A DNA stretch of 63,993 nt, the filler included, from a bacterium (lineage in GTDB: Bacteria > JBBIVP01): the NCBI GenBank assembly GCA_037439705.1. It is 5 parts of 5 records of this genome, joined end to end, with 100 filler letters (N's around TTAATTAATTAA, not from the genome) between each part and the next. Parts side by side here need not be neighbours in the genome. Positions count along the whole stretch, not along the records: positions 1 to 15,398 come from JBBIVP010000028.1; positions 15,499 to 30,797 come from JBBIVP010000029.1; 3 more parts are not named here. One strand, given 5' to 3'. Below, one piece after another: positions 10,147 to 20,037 of the stretch. The notes under the pieces are model-generated. The model had not been told where the DNA came from and did not search any database. It saw nothing but the letters and a program-made list of their open reading frames with translations. Both the position numbers and the translations under genes were made by a program. Position 1 is the first letter of the stretch. Each line of letters starts with the position of its first letter.

Positions 10147-10958
10147 AAAAATCAACTCTTGAAAAATTCAAAACTCTTGAAAAAATCATATCTTCCTATC
10201 CTTCTGCGGTACTTGCTTATTCAGGAGGGGTGGACAGTTCATTTCTTTTATTTGTCATGCACAGGATTTTGAAGGAAAAGTTTATTGCTGTGACCGCTAT
10301 TTCTCCTACCTTTCCCCCCTTTGACCTTGAAAGGACAAAAACCATTGCTGAATTCTTTAATATAAAACATATTCTTGTAAATTCAAAAGAGCTGGAGGAT
10401 GAAAATTTTTGTAAGAATTCGCCTCAGAGGTGTTATTATTGCAAAACAGAACTTTTTACTATATGCAAAAAAATTGCAGAGGAATATGGAATTGAAATTA
10501 TATGTGATGGAAGCACCCTTGATGACCTTGAGGATTATAGACCGGGAAGAAAAGCAGGAGAGAAATTTGGGGTTAAATCTCCACTTATTGAGAGCAAATT
10601 TAGAAAAGAAGAAATAAGAATTTTGAGTCAATTTCTTAATATTCCTTACTGGGATTCTCCAGCTTCTCCCTGTTTAGCATCAAGATTTCCTTACGGTATA
10701 AGAATCAATGAAGAAAGGTTAAACAAGGTTATGAAAGCAGAAGAATTTTTAAAAAACGAAGGCTTCAGGGTAGTAAGGGCAAGATATCAGGATGATAAAA
10801 CCGTAAGAATAGAGGTTGATGAAAAAGAAATAGAAAGGCTTGTAAAACCAGAATTAAGAAAAAGGTTGGTTGAGTATATGAAAAAAATTGGTTTTGAATA
10901 TATACTTCTTGATATGGAGGGATATGTTCCGGGAAAACTGAACAGGGTTCTAAAATGA
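10134..10958 (+). CDS. larE: LarE-family ATP-dependent sulfur transferase
   Basis: PP-loop SGGVDS, RCYYCK, DYRPG, PCLASRFPYG. Confidence 0.9.
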   Translation: METLKKSTLEKFKTLEKIISSYPSAVLAYSGGVDSSFLLFVMHRILKEKFIAVTAISPTFPPFDLERTKTIAEFFNIKHILVNSKELEDENFCKNSPQRCYYCKTELFTICKKIAEEYGIEIICDGSTLDDLEDYRPGRKAGEKFGVKSPLIESKFRKEEIRILSQFLNIPYWDSPASPCLASRFPYGIRINEERLNKVMKAEEFLKNEGFRVVRARYQDDKTVRIEVDEKEIERLVKPELRKRLVEYMKKIGFEYILLDMEGYVPGKLNRVLK

Positions 10959-12685
10959 AAAAGTTAATTTTTTTTATAATTTTATTTATTAGCTGTGCCC
11001 ACTTCATAGAAAGGAAAGGAAAGAGAATTCCACTTAAAGAGGCATATTATTATGACATAAAAAATGGTATGGACCTTATTAAAGAGGAAAAATATTATGA
11101 AGCGATAAAATTTTTTGAATGGGTGATTTCCTTCTATGGAAACGAGTTTGATGTGAGTGAAGCATTTTACTATCTCGGATATTGCCAGATGAAAAACAAA
11201 AACTATGAATCTGCCGAGGAAGCCTTTAAAAAGGTTATAGAAAAATCAAAGTTTTCAAAACTTACAGGAAAAGCTAACATGAGGCTTTATGAAATAAGCA
11301 GAATAAGAAACGATTACAACCAGGCAATATATTATTTGAAAAATGTTATCTATCTTGAAGTNNNNNNNNNNCCGATGTATTATTGGAAATTTAAACTCGG
11401 AGAACTTTATTTTCTTTCCGGAGATTTTGTTAACTCGTTTTATGCATTTTTAGAAGGATATAAGGATGCTCCTTCAGAATTAAAAAAATTGTTTGAAAGT
11501 ATTTATAAGAAGATATTCCTTTATTACATTCCTGATTCGGAAAGAGGAAAAACGGGATTTTTTGTAGAAGAAAAAAGGGAATGGCGTTCAAATATCCCGA
11601 AAAACCCTCACAAAATAGGCGTGATTTTGCCTCTTTCTGGAAAATTTTCTCAGATAGGTGAGCATATTTTGAAAGGACTGGAATTCGGATTAAAAATTTA
11701 TGAACCAAATTCCCCTTTTGAGCTCATTGTAGAAGATATTGGTGAAGAAGAAATAAAAGTGGTTCATAAGTTTAAAAATCTTGTAGAAAAAGAAGTCTCT
11801 GTAATAATTGGCCCTCCTTCTACGCTTATTGCCAGGATTCTTGCTCCATACGCTACCATCTCAAAAACAATTTTTATAACCTTTTCCCTTGATGATTCAA
11901 TTATCAACATTAGTCCATATTTAATAAAATTTTTTATAGGCAAAAACCAGATGGCGTATGCTCTTGCAGATTACATAGTGGATGAACTTTTAATAAAAAA
12001 TATAGCCATATTTTATCCTGACGACGCATATGGCGGGGATATGACAAACTTTTTCTGGGACAGATTTCTGGAAAAAGGTGGAGAAATAAGGGGAATTGAG
12101 GGATATATGCCAAATCAAAAGGAGTTGTTCAATGAAATTAAAAAGGTACTCGGTCTTTTTTACATAGAAGAAAGGGAAGAATTTAAAGAAGGAATAGAGC
12201 TAAAAAAAATTCCTCCTGTTGTAGATTTTGAGGGGATATTTATACCCGATACTGTAAAGGTTCTTTCCTATCTAATTCCGCAGATGGAATTTTTTGATGT
12301 GGATATGAAGAAAATATATTTCTTTGGCACATATTTATGGGATGTTCCTGAAATTTTGAGGATTCCGAAAAAATATAAAGATAACATATTGTTTGTCAGC
12401 GGATTCAACCCATATTCTGATAGAACAGAAACAAAAAAATTTATAAACGATTTCATTTCCATATATAATGAAAACCCGAATATCTTCTCCGCCTACGCCT
12501 GTGACCTCGGTCAGATATTACATAAAATTCTGGCCTCTAAAAATTATACAAATTCTGAAAAATTAAAAAATGAATTTTCAGCTATTAATGAATTTAATGG
12601 GGTTACGGGAAAATTAAGAATTGGGGCAGATGGAAATTTAATACATTCTGTTTACATAATCAAATATGGAGATATCCTGCACTAA
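10955..12685 (+). CDS. TPR plus periplasmic-binding-protein type I lipoprotein (LpoA/LppC-like PBP activator)
   Basis: Lipobox FISC, TPR-like helices, KIGVILPLSG, FNGVTG; contains a 10-N gap at 11362-11371. Confidence 0.75.
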   Translation: MKKLIFFIILFISCAHFIERKGKRIPLKEAYYYDIKNGMDLIKEEKYYEAIKFFEWVISFYGNEFDVSEAFYYLGYCQMKNKNYESAEEAFKKVIEKSKFSKLTGKANMRLYEISRIRNDYNQAIYYLKNVIYLEXXXXPMYYWKFKLGELYFLSGDFVNSFYAFLEGYKDAPSELKKLFESIYKKIFLYYIPDSERGKTGFFVEEKREWRSNIPKNPHKIGVILPLSGKFSQIGEHILKGLEFGLKIYEPNSPFELIVEDIGEEEIKVVHKFKNLVEKEVSVIIGPPSTLIARILAPYATISKTIFITFSLDDSIINISPYLIKFFIGKNQMAYALADYIVDELLIKNIAIFYPDDAYGGDMTNFFWDRFLEKGGEIRGIEGYMPNQKELFNEIKKVLGLFYIEEREEFKEGIELKKIPPVVDFEGIFIPDTVKVLSYLIPQMEFFDVDMKKIYFFGTYLWDVPEILRIPKKYKDNILFVSGFNPYSDRTETKKFINDFISIYNENPNIFSAYACDLGQILHKILASKNYTNSEKLKNEFSAINEFNGVTGKLRIGADGNLIHSVYIIKYGDILH

Positions 12686-14061
12686 CTTTTTTTATCTTTT
12701 TTTGTAATTCCGTAAAACTTCATTCTTAGCTCAAGTACCCTTCTTGTAGTCCCGAGCAATTTTGCAATTTCATTGTTGGAAAGGTGAGGGTATTTTTCAA
12801 TAGCATTCTTTAATAGCTCATATTCCAATCTTCTGGATATTTCTTGAATTTTTTTCCATCCATTTTTTAACGGGATTTCTTCATCTTCTGAAGAAAAATG
12901 TTTAAAATCTGTGGCCGTCAATGAAAGATGGGATTTTTGAATTTTTCCTCCTGAGAGTAAAAGAGCACTTTCTATTATGTGTTGTAGTTCTCTAACATTT
13001 CCGGGATAATCGTATGAAAGAAGAAGAGAGTATGCTTCCTGAGAGATTTCCATCTGTTTTATCCCCAATTCAGTTTTCTTTTTTTGGAGAAAATGCTCAA
13101 TTAAAAGCGGAATATCTTCTCTTCTTTCTCTTAATGTGGGAATATAAATTTCTATTACCTTTATTCTGTAATAAAGGTCATCCCTGAATTTTCCCTCTTT
13201 CATCAATTTTTCAAGATTTTTATTGGTTGCTGATATAAGTCTGAAATCAGTTTCCCTCCATCCCAGATCTCCAAGTCTTTGAATTTTTTTCTCTTCTATT
13301 ACTCTTAAAAGTTTTGCCTGCAAGGAAAGAGGCATTTCCCCTATTTCATCAAGAAAAATAGTTCCACCGTGAGCCAGCTCCAGTTTACCGGCTCTATCCT
13401 GAAACGCTCCCGTGAATGCTCCTTTCGCATAACCAAAGAATTCGGACTCCATAAGTGTTTCTGGAAGAGCAGAGCAGTTTACAGGAATAAATGGTCCCGA
13501 GTTTCTTTTGCTTTTGAAATGTATCATTCTGGCTACAAGCTCTTTGCCTGTCCCTGTCTCACCTACAATTAAAACACTGGCATCTGTCTCAGAGGCTTTG
13601 TTTATTAGGTTCATCACTTCTTTTATCTCCTTTGACCTTCCTATTATTTCTGGGAAGGAAATTTCTGTTTCCTTTAACCTCTTGTTTTCTCTTTTAAGTT
13701 CAATGAGTTGGAGTGCCTTTTCTACTGCAATCAATAGTTCATCGGGTTCAAAAGGTTTAGTTATGTAATCAAACGCTCCTGACCTTACCGATTCAATTGC
13801 AGTTTTTATGCTTGAATAAGCAGTCATAATTATTACTTCTGTTTCTTCTTTTATTTCTTTTATCCACTTTAACACGGTAATACCATCCATATCAGGCAAT
13901 GCAAGGTCCACAATGGCTATATCGGTATCAAGTGAAAATTTCTCCAGCGCCTCTTTTCCACTGCTTGCAGTTTCTACCTGATAAATAGGAGATTGCTGGA
14001 ATAAAATCTCAAGACTTTTTAGCATGTTTATTTCGTCGTCCACAATCAAAATTTTAGCCAT
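12682..14061 (-). CDS. Sigma-54-dependent response regulator (REC-AAA+-HTH)
   Basis: ILIVDDE receiver, GETGTGKE, GAFTGA, FLDEIGE, PGNVREL. Confidence 0.95.
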   Translation of the reverse strand: MAKILIVDDEINMLKSLEILFQQSPIYQVETASSGKEALEKFSLDTDIAIVDLALPDMDGITVLKWIKEIKEETEVIIMTAYSSIKTAIESVRSGAFDYITKPFEPDELLIAVEKALQLIELKRENKRLKETEISFPEIIGRSKEIKEVMNLINKASETDASVLIVGETGTGKELVARMIHFKSKRNSGPFIPVNCSALPETLMESEFFGYAKGAFTGAFQDRAGKLELAHGGTIFLDEIGEMPLSLQAKLLRVIEEKKIQRLGDLGWRETDFRLISATNKNLEKLMKEGKFRDDLYYRIKVIEIYIPTLRERREDIPLLIEHFLQKKKTELGIKQMEISQEAYSLLLSYDYPGNVRELQHIIESALLLSGGKIQKSHLSLTATDFKHFSSEDEEIPLKNGWKKIQEISRRLEYELLKNAIEKYPHLSNNEIAKLLGTTRRVLELRMKFYGITKKDKKS

Positions 14062-15398
14062 TTGAGTTCCTTACAGGTAATTTTATCACAAAAGTAGCAC
14101 CGCCAATTTCATTATTGAAACATTCTATTTCACCATAGTGGTCTTTAACAATTCTTTCACAAATAGCAAGCCCTAACCCTGTTCCACCTTTTTTTGTTGA
14201 GGAAAAAGGTTTAAATATCTCTCTTTCCATACCTGCTGGAATTCCTTTTCCTGTATCCCTTATTTCTACAATTATTTTATCATCATTTTCTTTTTTAAGT
14301 ATAACTTCAACTTTTCCATTTTTTTCTATGGATTCTATAGAGTTTAAAATAATATTTTGAAAAAGAATCTGAATTTTTTCGGTGTCCAGAAGTGTAGGAG
14401 GAATATTTCCTTCTTTTTGAACGATTATTTCTATGTTATTTTCATGAGCCAGTGGTTTGATTCCTTCAATAGTTAAAGTGATAAGCTCATCTATCTTTCT
14501 GCTTTCAAATACAGGCTGTGAATACTTAGCATAAGTAAGTATTTTTTTGAGTGTGTTATTCATTCTGTTTACCTCTGACTCTACAATTGAAAAGAGCTCT
14601 TGAATTTTTTTATCTTTTTCTTTAATTATTTTTGATAATGTACCTATGGATACACCTATTATTCCAAGCGGATTTTTAATTTCATGGATTATTAAAGAAG
14701 CCATCTCACCTATAATTGCAAATTTTTCTTTTTTTAACATTTCTGTATAAATAAGAGAATTTTCTACAATTAAACTAATTGTTTTTGAGAAGGTTTTGAA
14801 TACTGCCATATCTTCCTTTGTCCATTTTTCATCTTCAAACCTTTCTCCAAGGAAAAAAATAACAGCTGTCCATCCGCCTCTGGGAAGATGAATAGGTATA
14901 ATTAACCTTATACCTTCTGCATAAAGTCTCTTTTCTAATGTATCTGAAGAAGTTGAACTTATTATACGAGGGCTCTTTGCTCCCGAAAATGGATGGAAAT
15001 TTATATCTTCAAGAATTTCTTTTGAAAGTGGATGAGAAATAACTCCCAACTCATCACTTATGTCTTTGAAGTTTTCTTCTTTTCTTTCCCTCATGTAAAC
15101 TACCACCCTGTTAAAACCAAGTTCACCCTCAAAAACTGAGATCGCCTTTCTTAATAGAAAACGAAAATCATGAAAAATGTAGGCATTATCACAAAAAATT
15201 AAAATAGAATCTATCAATTTTAGTTCCTCTTTATATAAAGTTTTTGTAAGAAATTTTTTTATGCCCAATCTTAATGGATGAAATAGCATGGCAACAGCAA
15301 GGGTTCCGACCACCAGATGTGTAGGAGAATATCCTATTTTAAAGATATGTTGTCCCATCAAAATTACAATAATTACTGAAATAAAATACACTCCTGTC
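14054..15398 (-). CDS. Membrane sensor histidine kinase (TM, GAF-like, HisKA, HATPase), 5' truncated by contig end
   Basis: HEIKNPLG H-box, DTGKGI, GTGLGLAI. Confidence 0.92.
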
Positions 15399-15498
15399 NN
15401 NNNNNNNNNNNNNNNNNNNNNNNNNNNNNNNNNNNNNNNNNNTTAATTAATTAANNNNNNNNNNNNNNNNNNNNNNNNNNNNNNNNNNNNNNNNNNNN
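15399..15498. other. Artificial contig linker
   Basis: 100 nt: N-run, TTAATTAATTAA (stops in all frames), N-run; identical at four sites. Confidence 0.97.
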
Positions 15499-15679
15499 TC
15501 TTAGCTTCTTCTATTTCTTTTGACAATTTTTCAATTGTTCTATCTTTCTCATTTATTTCCTTCTTAGCTTCTTCTATTTCTTTTGACAATTTTTCAATTG
15601 TTCTATCTTTCTCATTTATTTCCTTCTTAGCTTCTTCTATTTCTTTTGACAATTTTTCAATTGTTCTATCTTTCTCATT
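15499..15679 (-). repeat. Perfect 63-bp coding tandem repeat (about 2.9 copies visible) encoding KEINEKDRTIEKLSKEIEEAK
   Basis: Identical units begin at 15499, 15562 and 15625; the array runs into the contig end. Confidence 0.95.
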
Positions 15680-16777
15680 CATTTTATTTTTAACTTTTTC
15701 TAATTCCTCTGCGAATTTTTTAACAATTTCTTCTTTTTCTTCTATTATCTGTCTTTGCAGAAATGAACGCTCCTCGTCCAATTTTTTCCGTTCCATCCTT
15801 TCCGTTTCAACTTGAGCGCACAATTTCTTCAGTTCTGGCTCGTTTGCCCAAAAATCATTTCTTATAACATTAGCAGATTCAGTTTTTGCAAGAACTTCAT
15901 TCTTATATTGGGGCTTGCGAATGAGCACAAGGACAAGGTCATCCAATGTGCTCATAGGAATGAGCTGGTTGAACTTTTTAGAACTCATGTGAAGGAAAAG
16001 GCTCTCTTCACCTGGAACAAAGAAGAAGTTTATCTCCTGGGCACTTCCGAAGATGTTTTTTTCGTTTTTGAAGAAGTTATCAGGATTATAAGCCTCTAAA
16101 CAATGAATAAAAGGTTTATAACCCTTCTTTTTCATAATTCTCACCAGGCGGGTTCCATGTTCCATTGAGAGGCATTCTGCATATACAAGCGGACGAAAAT
16201 GCTCCAGAATGCTATCACTTCCTTCAATAATTTCACTCTCCATACCTTCAGCATCAATTTTTATGAGCCTGCATTTTTGCAATTTAAATTCATCAAGAGG
16301 AACTACCTCAACTGCTATTCCGGAAGATTCGTTTTGATTCATACCGCTCTTCCCAACAAGGGAAAATGCTCCAGGGTTATCCTTTAATTCTGATGAAAAT
16401 TCACTAATCTGTAGAATTTTTTTCCCCTTCCCCAGTGCAACATTTAAGATTCTAACATTCGATAGGTCATTTTGTCTTATATTCATTTCTAAAACCTTAT
16501 AAGCAATGGGATTTGGCTCAAAAGCATAGACTAATCCACTTTCTCCTACATGGCGGGCAAAAGCAATGGTATGTGTTCCTATGAAAGCGCCTACATCTAC
16601 AACAATATCCCCTTTTTTAAGGAAATCCAGAAGGAAATCTATTTCCTGTTGTGCCCATTCACCATATTCTTTCAGCGAGCGTCCAATTATCATATCTGAC
16701 TTAAAATAGGAAATCATCCCATACCGCCAGGATTTAGTTTCCAGCAATTCAGCAAAGTTTACTTTTTCTAAAACCAT
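15499..16777 (-). CDS. FkbM-family methyltransferase with long coiled coil, 3' truncated by contig end
   Basis: VDVGAFIGTHT, YAFEP, IKIDAEG.E; C-terminal heptad repeats. Confidence 0.9.
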
Positions 16778-16783
16778 AAGAAA

Positions 16784-16811
16784 ATTATAACACTCCCAAA
16801 TTATTTCTCAA
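16784..16811 (-). promoter_or_regulatory. Extended -10 sigma70 promoter of the FkbM gene, probably leaderless
   Basis: Minus strand TTGAGA-16nt(ending TGt)-TATAAT, 6 nt before ATG 16777. Confidence 0.6.
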
Positions 16812-16829
16812 AAGAAATAACAAAAACCC

Positions 16830-17891
16830 CTACCATTCCTCCACAATTTTCATTACTTCCTTGATCAAATTTTTTGGTTCAACTTTTTTGAACTTTTTTC
16901 CTTTAATGTACAGGAGGAATGAGTTCTTTCCGCCGACAATTCCTATGTCTGCAAATTTTGCCTCTCCGGGACCATTCACCACACATCCCATAACAGCAAG
17001 AGTGATTGGTTTTTTAATAAATAGTGTTCTTTTTTCAATCTCATCCGCAATTTTCTGGACATTCACCTGACATCTTCCACATATAGGGCAGGCAATTACC
17101 TTTACTCCCTCAAATTTTTTCAGTCCGAGGGAATTCAATATGTAGATTCCAGCAAGAACCTCAAATAATGGGTGGGTTGGTAGGGAAACCCTTATTGTAT
17201 CACCTATGCCTTTTGATAGGAGGATTGTCAATCCAACTGCAGACCTTATGCTTCCTGAGAATGATGTTCCTGATTCGGTGATTCCTGTGTGAAGCGGAAC
17301 ATCCGTTTCAGAGGAAAACAGGATGTTTGTTGATACTGTTATAATTGGGTCAGTAGATTTTATTGAAACCTTGAAGTTTTTGAAACCGAGCTTATTTTCC
17401 AGAAAATCAGTCCATTTTTTTGCACTGAATGATAGGGCGGGAGGTGAAGGACTCCCGAATTTTTCAAGGACTTCTTTTTCAAGTGAACCAGCATTTATTC
17501 CTATTCTCAGGGGGATTCCGTAATCCTGTGCTTTTTTAACTATCATTTCAACGAATTTTTCTCCTCCGATATTTCCGGGATTTATCCTCACACAATCAGC
17601 ACCTGCTGAGATGACATCAAGGGCGAGTCTGTAATTGAAATGGATGTCTGCAACAAGTGGAATAGGAGAGTTCTTTTTTATCCATTCAAATGCTGAGATT
17701 GCTCTTTCATCAGGGACTGCAAGCCTTATTATCTCACATCCTGCTGAATGGCACTTTTTTATCTCCTCAAGAGTCTTTTTCCTGTGGTGGGTAAATGTTT
17801 TTGTCATTGTCTGAACCGATATTGGCGCATCACCGCCCACAGGAACATTTCCAACGAAGATTTTTCGTGTTATTCTTCTTTTTATCTCCAT
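16830..17891 (-). CDS. ispG: (E)-4-hydroxy-3-methylbut-2-enyl-diphosphate synthase
   Basis: ISVQTMT, VADIHF, RINPGN, RIGINAGSL, GIGDTIRVSL, CPICGRC, MGCVVNGPGE. Confidence 0.97.
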   Translation of the reverse strand: MEIKRRITRKIFVGNVPVGGDAPISVQTMTKTFTHHRKKTLEEIKKCHSAGCEIIRLAVPDERAISAFEWIKKNSPIPLVADIHFNYRLALDVISAGADCVRINPGNIGGEKFVEMIVKKAQDYGIPLRIGINAGSLEKEVLEKFGSPSPPALSFSAKKWTDFLENKLGFKNFKVSIKSTDPIITVSTNILFSSETDVPLHTGITESGTSFSGSIRSAVGLTILLSKGIGDTIRVSLPTHPLFEVLAGIYILNSLGLKKFEGVKVIACPICGRCQVNVQKIADEIEKRTLFIKKPITLAVMGCVVNGPGEAKFADIGIVGGKNSFLLYIKGKKFKKVEPKNLIKEVMKIVEEW

Positions 17892-18976
17892 CTCTCAAAT
17901 CCTTCCTTTAATGCGTGGTAACCGGGTTTTTTTGTTCCATCAGGTCTTATCACTCCCCAGAATGGTTCAACCTCCTGAAGACCCTTTATTTCCTCTTTTT
18001 CTGATGTGATAAATGTAAAATATAAAAATCCAGTTCCTCCGTTTTCAAATGTAGAATCAATGGCATCCCTTATGTATATTGCCTGATTTTCTTCAGAAAA
18101 TTTTCTTTTTGGGGGAGAAGTTGGATACCCTGTTTCAAGAACGATAACCGGTTTTTCAGGGAAGAGGCGAACTGTTCTTCCAACCCTCTTTCCAACCTCT
18201 CTTCCATAAGTAGGTTCACCTATTAAGTAGTTCGGATATGCATCAAGTCCTATTATGTCAAGGTATCCATACCATCTTTTTATATCATTTATAAAATGAA
18301 GGTCTGTGTGAAAGTTGTGTGTTGTTTTTGCTTCAGGGTCTTCCTCCTTTACGGCGAGATAGAGAGATTTTATGAGCGAATCAAGAAATTCCCAGTCACA
18401 CCATGCATCTCCTTCCCTCCATCCCCAGGCAACAGTTTCGCATGCCACATTTAGTTCGTTTTCTATCTGCCAGATTTTTACAAAATTTTTTAACCTTCTA
18501 ACTGCAATTTTTGCAAAGGCATAATTCAGGTCTATGTATCTCTCCCTCCCAACAATATCCGGATACGCCCTTTTGCCGGCTTTTTCCTTCATACAACCTT
18601 CTTCTGAAATAAAAGGCAAACTTCCATTATACCCCACTCCGATAGCCCCTATAATTGATATTCCGCTTTTCTTTAAGGTTTTTAAGGTTGTCTCAATGAG
18701 AGACCAGTCTCCTTTTTCAAATTGATTAAACGAGTCTTCACACGGGTCTATTTTTTCTTTAACAGCAATAATTGGAATTGCCATTCTAAACCAGTCCGCT
18801 CCAATTTCCTTTAATTCCTTTGCAAATAATTCTGTTTTTTCCTCCTGATTTTCTCCCTTTATAACTTCGGGATACCATGGACCTCCTCCGCTGAATCCGA
18901 GAATTCTCTTTTTTTCCTCACCGCAGGAAAGAAAAAGAAGGAGGAAAATCTGAAGGAAAATTTTTCTCCACATCAT
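17882..18976 (-). CDS. Clan GH-A glycoside hydrolase-like lipoprotein
   Basis: Lipobox FLSC after start 18976; WQIENE (acid/base) and LETGYP (nucleophile); WGVIRPDGTKKPGY. Confidence 0.75.
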   Translation of the reverse strand: MMWRKIFLQIFLLLFLSCGEEKKRILGFSGGGPWYPEVIKGENQEEKTELFAKELKEIGADWFRMAIPIIAVKEKIDPCEDSFNQFEKGDWSLIETTLKTLKKSGISIIGAIGVGYNGSLPFISEEGCMKEKAGKRAYPDIVGRERYIDLNYAFAKIAVRRLKNFVKIWQIENELNVACETVAWGWREGDAWCDWEFLDSLIKSLYLAVKEEDPEAKTTHNFHTDLHFINDIKRWYGYLDIIGLDAYPNYLIGEPTYGREVGKRVGRTVRLFPEKPVIVLETGYPTSPPKRKFSEENQAIYIRDAIDSTFENGGTGFLYFTFITSEKEEIKGLQEVEPFWGVIRPDGTKKPGYHALKEGFERWR

Positions 18977-19008
18977 TCTGTTGAAGAACTTTTTTGATAC
19001 CAAAAACC

Positions 19009-19370
19009 TTATTTGAGAAATTGCCCTATTGCAAGAAGGATGCTTATAATTGTTCCGAATAAGGCAAGCGTCCCAACCGTCCATTTGATAAGAGATGTCA
19101 TCCTCTCATACATTCTATCAATTCTTTCATTTATCAGGTCAATCCTTTTATTTATCAGGTCATTTATCCTGTCAAACCTCTCATTCATCTCCTTCCTCAA
19201 TTCCTTCACATCCATCTTCAACTCTGCTACATCCCTCTCAAGTAACTCAAGTCTTGAAAGAACCTCTCTGAATTCCTCTCTTGTTACCCGGTGCAATTTT
19301 ATCTTCTCTACAATCATAGCCTCAAGTTCCTCAATTCCATCTCCCCGAGTTTCTCCCTTAAAACAGGCAT
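19009..19370 (-). pseudogene. DUF1640-like coiled-coil protein with C-terminal TM anchor; apparent 1-nt frameshift near 19343
   Basis: GGAGG-ATG at 19370 gives MPVLREKLGE, which continues in the shifted frame as DGIEELEAMIVEK...TREEF...IKWTVG. Confidence 0.6.
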
Positions 19371-19524
19371 CTTATCCTCCTTTTTCTTTCATTTTAACAA
19401 ATTTCCAGTAAAAAATACAAATGGATTGACTTTCAGGAAGCGGATTTCCCAAAACCCTGTCAATTGCATTTTGCTTGAATATCAAAAGGAAATTTAATAA
19501 AAATTTTTAAAAAAGGAGGTTCTG

Positions 19525-20037
19525 ATGAAAAAATTGAGCTTTTTTGGGTTAATGGTTTTATTTTTGCCAGTTTATTCTATTGCAGAAACAAAAAAAATTG
19601 GATATGTGGACATGCAGGCTGTTCTTCTCAAATCCAAGGCTGGAAGGGATGCAAAGGCTATTCTTGATAAAGAAAAAGAGGAGAAGAAGTCAACTCTTGA
19701 CAAGATGAAAGAAGAGATTGAAAAATTGCAGAACGATATATCCAGGCAGAGCCTCGTTCTTACAGAGGAAAAGAGGAAGAAGATGGAGGATGAACTGGCA
19801 GTGAAGAAGCAGAACTTTTTGAAACTTCTGCAGGATTATGAAATGGAACTTCAGAAGAAAGACCAGGAGTGGACGGAAAAAATTTTGAAGGAAGTGGAAA
19901 AGGTTATATACAAAATAGGTAAAACAGAGGAATACGACATGATCGTTGAAAAGTCATCGGTTCTTTATGCCCCTGAGTCCTACGATATTACCGATAAGGT
20001 GATAAAGGAGTATGACAAAACCTATTCAACAAAATGA
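19525..20037 (+). CDS. skp: OmpH/Skp periplasmic chaperone
   Basis: Signal peptide, KIGYVDMQ, coiled coil, DITDKVI; AGGAGG SD; upstream of lpxD. Confidence 0.92.
   Translation: MKKLSFFGLMVLFLPVYSIAETKKIGYVDMQAVLLKSKAGRDAKAILDKEKEEKKSTLDKMKEEIEKLQNDISRQSLVLTEEKRKKMEDELAVKKQNFLKLLQDYEMELQKKDQEWTEKILKEVEKVIYKIGKTEEYDMIVEKSSVLYAPESYDITDKVIKEYDKTYSTK

Noticed and set aside
15499..15679. CRISPR-like array
   Set aside because: Head-to-tail repeats without spacers, in frame within a coding sequence; no cas genes.
12682..16777. Two-component system clustered with the FkbM gene
   Set aside because: They are on different contigs separated by a linker.
19426..19465. ATTGAC...CAGG...CCTG-TCAAT inverted repeat in the divergent region before skp
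   Set aside because: Short and imperfect; may be overlapping -35 elements. No riboswitch or ncRNA motif recognised.
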